Shown in pieces: positions 37,816-44,995 of a stretch of 44,995 nucleotides of DNA; positions within the stretch are counted from its first letter, which is position 1; each line of letters opens with the position of its first letter. The notes under the pieces are model-generated. The model did not search any database. It saw only the letters and a list, made by a program, of their open reading frames with translations, and had not been told where the DNA came from. Both the position numbers and the translations under genes were made by a program. This DNA comes from Vicinamibacteria bacterium (GTDB taxonomy: Bacteria; Acidobacteriota; Vicinamibacteria; Vicinamibacterales; JAENWD01), in NCBI GenBank assembly GCA_016650245.1, contig JAENWD010000062.1:1-44995 (forward strand). Reading direction: 5' to 3'.

Positions 37816-38393
37816 CCGGCGGCATCGCCACCGGCAAGAGCACCGTCGTCGGCCTGCTGCAGGCGCGTGACATTCCCACCATCGATGCCGACGTGCTGGC
37901 CCGCGATCTGGTCGCGCCCGGCAGCCCCGGGCTCGGTGCCGTCGTCGAGCGTTTCGGCGAGGGCGTGCTCGATTCCCAGGGGGCGTTGGACCGCAAAGCG
38001 CTGGCGGCCCTGGTCTTCAACGACCCGGAAGCGCGGCGGGATCTCGAGCGGATCGTCCACCCGGGAGTCTACGCCGCCATCGGCCACTGGTTCGGGGGAC
38101 TGCCAAGCCAGACCCGGTATGCTGTCGCCGACATCCCGCTGCTGTTTGAATCCGGTCACCGGCTCGACTTCGATCGGATCGTCGTCGTCGCCTGCCCGCC
38201 CGACGAGCAACTGCGCCGCGTGATGACGCGCAACGGGGTGTCGGAATCCGACGCGCGCGCTCGCCTGGACGCGCAGTGGCCGATCGCCCAGAAGGTCGCG
38301 CTCGCCGATGACGTGATCTGGACCACCGGGACGCGCGCGGAAACCGAGCGCCAGGTCGACGAACTGGTCCGAAGGCTGAAGGCTGAAGGCTGA
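37797..38393 (+). CDS. coaE: Dephospho-CoA kinase
   Basis: LTGGIATGKST, DAD, LDRKAL, IVHP, DIPLLFE. Confidence 0.95.
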   Translation: MVRVALTGGIATGKSTVVGLLQARDIPTIDADVLARDLVAPGSPGLGAVVERFGEGVLDSQGALDRKALAALVFNDPEARRDLERIVHPGVYAAIGHWFGGLPSQTRYAVADIPLLFESGHRLDFDRIVVVACPPDEQLRRVMTRNGVSESDARARLDAQWPIAQKVALADDVIWTTGTRAETERQVDELVRRLKAEG

Positions 38394-38404
38394 AGGCTGA
38401 AGCC
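38371..38404. repeat. Heptamer tandem repeat (GAAGGCT)x4 plus partial, spanning the coaE stop
   Basis: gaaggct gaaggct gaaggct gaaggct gaagcc. Confidence 0.85.
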
Positions 38405-38408
38405 AGTC

Positions 38409-39632
38409 CTACGCGCTCAACTGTTGGTCGTCTTTGGCGGGCGCCATTCGCTCTTCGATGAACGTGTTCCACTCATGGCATTGCGGGCACTGCCAGAGCA
38501 GTTCGGTGCTCCGGTAGCGGCAACGTACGCAGACGTGCGGGTCGAGATAGAAGATAGCGTCGCGGGTCAGCCCGAGATAGCGTTCGATCAACTGCGGGTT
38601 GCGTCCAAGGGCCGACAGAGCCTGCCAGATTTCCTGGTGGATCATCAGCGCATGTGGGTTGTACGCCAGAGCCTCGAAGAGCAGCTCGAGGGCGGTGCTG
38701 ACGTCGCCGGCCGCGGTGCGGTGACGCGCCAGCGCCAGCCGCGCCCGCCAGTCCTGCGGGTTGGCGGCGATCAGGCGCCGGCACAGGTCGGGAAACCGAT
38801 GCGGCGCGCCCTGCGCGGCATACGCCGCCTGCAGCCGTTGGAAGGCGAGATAGGCCCGATCCGGTGAGGCTTCGATGAGGTCCTCCCAGGCGGTGATCGC
38901 TCCGGCGACGTCGCCCTCGTTTAGCTTGACGTCGCCGAGGCTCAAGTATGCCGGCGCGGCCGACCGGTCGCGATCGATGGCTGCGGCAAACCGGCGTGCC
39001 GCCTCGGTGCTGTCGCCGGCCTTGGACGCCTCGTCGCCAAGCTCGTTTTCGAGAAAGGCCAGGATAGCGTTGTCGCGTGCCCTCAGCGGCCCGGTGGCGT
39101 CGATCTCCGAGATCTGCTGGCGAATCTCGTACGCCTCGGCCCACTGGTGCTGCTCTTCGTGCAGCTTCTCGAGCTGGATCAGCGCGTGCCTGTTCTTGGG
39201 ATCGAGCCGCAGCACCTCCTTGAACGCCTCGTGGGCGCGGTCGACGAAGCCGCCGCGCCGAAAATCCAGGCCGAGGCACAACAGGATGTAGGCGTGCTCG
39301 AGCGTCTTGAGATTCTGACGCTGCAACAGTCCCTGGTGGATGTTGATGGCGCGGCCCACCTGGCCCTTCTCGCGATAGAGGTTGCCCAGAACGAGGTGGA
39401 TCTCGAGCGCGTCCTCACCGAGCCACGCGGCGCGCGACAGCTCGTCGATGGCCTGGTCGATCTGGTTGGCGACCACCAGGTCGAGTCCGACGATGAAATG
39501 CGGAGACTCGCGCGCCTTCCGGCGATCGATCCACTGGCCGTCGCGCAGCTTGTATCGCTCCCAGGCCTTGCCGATCGCCAGGCCGGCCAGCAGGGCCACC
39601 AGGGCGACAAGCATCGGCAGGTACACGGTCAT
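38409..39632 (-). CDS. lapB: LPS assembly protein B (LapB/YciM)-like TPR-rubredoxin protein
   Basis: N-terminal TM, LGNLYREKG..RAI.IHQ, LG.DF..GG.VDRA, C-terminal CVRC...WQCPQCHEW; ATG 39632. Confidence 0.85.
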   Translation of the reverse strand: MTVYLPMLVALVALLAGLAIGKAWERYKLRDGQWIDRRKARESPHFIVGLDLVVANQIDQAIDELSRAAWLGEDALEIHLVLGNLYREKGQVGRAINIHQGLLQRQNLKTLEHAYILLCLGLDFRRGGFVDRAHEAFKEVLRLDPKNRHALIQLEKLHEEQHQWAEAYEIRQQISEIDATGPLRARDNAILAFLENELGDEASKAGDSTEAARRFAAAIDRDRSAAPAYLSLGDVKLNEGDVAGAITAWEDLIEASPDRAYLAFQRLQAAYAAQGAPHRFPDLCRRLIAANPQDWRARLALARHRTAAGDVSTALELLFEALAYNPHALMIHQEIWQALSALGRNPQLIERYLGLTRDAIFYLDPHVCVRCRYRSTELLWQCPQCHEWNTFIEERMAPAKDDQQLSA

Positions 39633-40171
39633 GACTGCGTCGGCGCCGGGGTCCACTCGGCCACCAGGGCGTCCCACCGATCCTGAGACTTGAGGACCAC
39701 TTCTGTCAGCTCGCGAACCGCGCCGTCGCCGCCGCGCGACCGACTCACCCAGTGCGCCGTGGCCTGCACCTCGGGCACCGCGTCGGCGGGGGCGGCTGCC
39801 AGACCGACGCGGCCCAGGACGGGCAGGTCGAGCAGGTCGTCTCCCATGAAGGCCACGTCATGGTCCTCCAGCCCGAGCTCGGCCAGCAGCGCCTCGTAGG
39901 TGGTCAACTTGTCGAGGGCGCCCTGACGGACGATCGCGATGCGGAGCTGATGGGCCCGCTCGGTGGTGGCGGCGGATTGGCGTGCCGACAGCAGCCCAAC
40001 TCGAACGCCGGCCTTTTGCGCCAGGACGATGCCAGTGCCGTCGCGGATGTCAAACGTCTTGGATTCGGTGCCGTCGGCATGGACCAGAATCTTGCCGTCG
40101 GTGAGCACGCCGTCGACATCGAGCAGGACCAGGCGCACGCGGCGCGCGCGTTCGGTCAGGGTGAGGGCCAT
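39629..40171 (-). CDS. kdsC: KDO 8-phosphate phosphatase
   Basis: LDVDGVLTDG, FDIRDG, MGDDLLD, GGDGAVRE. Confidence 0.93.
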   Translation of the reverse strand: MALTLTERARRVRLVLLDVDGVLTDGKILVHADGTESKTFDIRDGTGIVLAQKAGVRVGLLSARQSAATTERAHQLRIAIVRQGALDKLTTYEALLAELGLEDHDVAFMGDDLLDLPVLGRVGLAAAPADAVPEVQATAHWVSRSRGGDGAVRELTEVVLKSQDRWDALVAEWTPAPTQS

Positions 40172-40172
40172 G

Positions 40173-41126
40173 TCAGATGGCCTCCGTGCGCCACAAGTCG
40201 TGCAGGTGGACGACGCCTTCGATGGCCGAGCCAGCGCTTACGATCACCGACGTGATCTTCCGCCGCTCCATCAGGTTGAGCGCCTCAACGGCCAGCAGAT
40301 GCCGCGGAATGGTGACCGGACTGGTGGTCATCACGTCGGCGGCGCCCAGGCCGAGCACGTCCGGCGTCGTCGTCATGCGTCGGCGCAGGTCGCCGTCGGT
40401 GATGATGCCCACCAAGGCTCCGCGCGAGGTCACGCACGTCATGCCGAGCCCCTTACGCGACATCTCGTAGATGACCTCGCGCATCGACGTCGCCTCGTCG
40501 ACCTGCGGGATGTCGTCGCCGGCGTGCATCAGCTGCTCGACCCGCATCAGGCGCTTCCCCAGCTTGCCGCCCGGGTGCAGGTTGGCGAAGTCCTCGGCGC
40601 GGAACCCCTTCTCCACCAACAGCGTCATCGCCAGCGCGTCCCCCAGGGCCAGTGCCGCCGTGGTGCTCGCCGTCGGAACGAGGTTGAGCGGGCAGGCCTC
40701 CTCGGCGACGTGGCAATCGAGCGTGACGTCGGCGAACTGGCCCAGCGTCGAGCCCGGATGTCCGGTGAGGGCGATGATCCCCGCGCCACCGCGCCTGATG
40801 GTCTCCAGGAGGCGCAGAATCTCGTCGGTCTCGCCGCCATGAGACAACGCGACGACGATATCACCGGCCTGAATGACGCCAAGATCGCCGTGAATCGCTT
40901 CGGCAGGGTGGAGGAAGAACGCGGGCGTGCCGGTGCTGGCCAGCGTCGCGGCGATCTTCCGCGCGATGATACCGGACTTGCCCATCCCGGTGACGATCAC
41001 GCGACCGCGGCAGTCGCGCAGCAGGTCCACCGCGCGCACGAAACGTGCATCGAGTCGGTCGACGAGCGCGAGAATGGCCGCGGCCTCCGTCTGCAGGACC
41101 TTGCGCGCCAGCGAGAGGTCGGGCAT
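40173..41126 (-). CDS. kdsD: Arabinose-5-phosphate isomerase (KpsF/GutQ, SIS + CBS)
   Basis: TGMGKSG, HPAEAIHGDLG, EACPLNLVPTAST, HPGGKLG, TDGDLRR; ATG 41126. Confidence 0.93.
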   Translation of the reverse strand: MPDLSLARKVLQTEAAAILALVDRLDARFVRAVDLLRDCRGRVIVTGMGKSGIIARKIAATLASTGTPAFFLHPAEAIHGDLGVIQAGDIVVALSHGGETDEILRLLETIRRGGAGIIALTGHPGSTLGQFADVTLDCHVAEEACPLNLVPTASTTAALALGDALAMTLLVEKGFRAEDFANLHPGGKLGKRLMRVEQLMHAGDDIPQVDEATSMREVIYEMSRKGLGMTCVTSRGALVGIITDGDLRRRMTTTPDVLGLGAADVMTTSPVTIPRHLLAVEALNLMERRKITSVIVSAGSAIEGVVHLHDLWRTEAI

Positions 41127-41145
41127 GACGGCGCCCGACGGGCGA

Positions 41146-41967
41146 TCAGGACGCTCGGGTGATGGCATCGATGGCCTTGAGCTTTCGCAGCAACGGGGCA
41201 AGCAGGTCGAGTCGCAAGGCGTTCTGCGCGTCGCTCTTGGCGCGCGAGGGCTCCTCGTGGACCTCCAGAAAGACGCCGTCGACGCCGGCAGCGACACCGG
41301 CCCGCGCCAGCGGCTCGATGTACTCGGCCAGACCCGCCGTCACCCCGTCGCCGGCGCCGGGCAACTGCATGCTGTGCGTGACGTCGAAGATGACCGGCAC
41401 GCCGAGCGCACGCATGATGGGGAATGCCCGCATGTCGACGACCAGGTTGTTATAGCCAAACGACGTGCCGCGTTCGGTGACGAAGACGTCGGCGTTGCCG
41501 GCCGCAGTGACCTTCGTGACGGCGTGCCGGATATCTCGTGGCGCCAGAAACTGGCCCTTCTTGATGTTGACGGCTCGGCCCGTGCGTGCCGCCGCCACCA
41601 GCAGATCCGTCTGGCGGCACAGAAACGCCGGAATCTGCAGCACGTCGGCGACCTCGGCTGCCGGTGCGGCCTGATCGGCGTCGTGGATGTCGGTCAGTAT
41701 CGGCAACCCCGTCTCGGCCTTCACGCGGGCCAGCACTGCCAGGCCCTTGGCGAGGCCCGGGCCGCGGAACGAGTCGATCGAGGTGCGATTGGCCTTGTCG
41801 TACGATGCCTTGAACACCATGCGCAGTCCGGCGTCAGTGACGATCGCCTTGAGCGCGAGGGCCGTCTCGAGCGCGTGCGCCTCGCTTTCAATCACACACG
41901 GGCCGGCGATGACCAGCAGCGGCGCGCCACCGCCGAGCGCCAGCGACCCGATGCGGACAGATGGCAT
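41146..41967 (-). CDS. kdsA: KDO 8-phosphate synthase
   Basis: AGPCVIES, KASYDKANRTS, QIPAFLCRQT, KKGQF, DVTHS, SDA; ATG 41967. Confidence 0.96.
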   Translation of the reverse strand: MPSVRIGSLALGGGAPLLVIAGPCVIESEAHALETALALKAIVTDAGLRMVFKASYDKANRTSIDSFRGPGLAKGLAVLARVKAETGLPILTDIHDADQAAPAAEVADVLQIPAFLCRQTDLLVAAARTGRAVNIKKGQFLAPRDIRHAVTKVTAAGNADVFVTERGTSFGYNNLVVDMRAFPIMRALGVPVIFDVTHSMQLPGAGDGVTAGLAEYIEPLARAGVAAGVDGVFLEVHEEPSRAKSDAQNALRLDLLAPLLRKLKAIDAITRAS

Positions 41968-41989
41968 CCGACGATCATACACGGTGCCG

Positions 41990-44530
<2,541 letters not shown>

Positions 44531-44543
44531 CTAGGATGCGCGG

Positions 44544-44995
44544 GTGACGAGGGCGCGCGCGGCGGCGGTCTGTGGCGGTCTGGTCGCGATGCTTGCGATG
44601 GCGGCCTGTGGGGGAGCGGATCAGCAGCCTGCGCGCAGCGCTGCTGGTCGGTCCGTGCCTGCTGTCCCCGGGCCTGATCTGGCCGTCGAGCAGCTGCACC
44701 GAGCGCTCGACGCGCCGCCCACCCTGTCGCCACTGGCGAGGAACCCGTTCAGATTCGGCGGGCCGGGGCAGACCGCGGGGGCCGGCGTCGCCTTCCGATC
44801 GCCGGGTGCGCCGCTGCCGCCGCCCGACGGGCTGCCTGTTCTCCCGCTGCCGCTGCCTCAGGTCCCTCTACGCTTGCTGGGGCTCGTCACGCTTGCCGAC
44901 GGCGCAAAGGTGGCCGTCATCACCGTGGGCAGCGACCTGGTGCTGGCGCGTACTGGCGAGGTGCTCGCCGGCCGCTACCGCGTGGGCCGCATCGG
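44544..44995 (+). CDS. PilP/GspC-like lipoprotein (3' end runs off the window)
   Basis: Absent from the ORF track. Manual translation: MTRARAAAVCGGLVAMLAMAAC...ARNPFRF...Pro-rich...LRLLGLV..AVI...LVLARTGEVLAGRYRVGRI; TAGGAT 6 nt upstream. Confidence 0.65.
   Translation, partial: MTRARAAAVCGGLVAMLAMAACGGADQQPARSAAGRSVPAVPGPDLAVEQLHRALDAPPTLSPLARNPFRFGGPGQTAGAGVAFRSPGAPLPPPDGLPVLPLPLPQVPLRLLGLVTLADGAKVAVITVGSDLVLARTGEVLAGRYRVGRI

Overview
High-GC bacterial chromosome segment, densely packed with housekeeping and envelope genes. Gene order and protein style suggest Acidobacteriota (Vicinamibacteria-like), which is an inference. From left to right: a PolX/PHP gene cut by the window edge; a coupled peptidoglycan operon (nagZ-ldcA-mpl-S9 peptidase-pxpB-pxpC-murB-murA, where MurA has Asp in place of the fosfomycin-target Cys); a minus-strand DUF2723-like membrane glycosyltransferase, lolA and a lipoprotein TPR-secretin; a small Cys/His protein; tRNA-Ala(CGC); pfkA; thrC; rplM-rpsI-rpsB-tsf-pyrH-frr; pilMNOPQ behind a candidate sigma54 promoter and enhancer-like inverted repeat, followed by two uncharacterised lipoproteins (one with Ig-like and 3 PKD domains); TPR protein, M24 peptidase, accB, accC, thiE, APC permease, K+ channel, folD, coaE; kdsB-pyrG-kdsA-kdsD-kdsC-lapB; and a truncated PilP/GspC-like lipoprotein gene at the right edge. 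I found no CRISPR array, prophage, transposase or rRNA. The best candidates for undescribed biology are the lipoprotein module behind pilQ, the glycosyltransferase-LolA-liposecretin cluster and the pxpBC/S9 insertion in the murein-recycling operon. All three are hypotheses from gene context, not proven systems.
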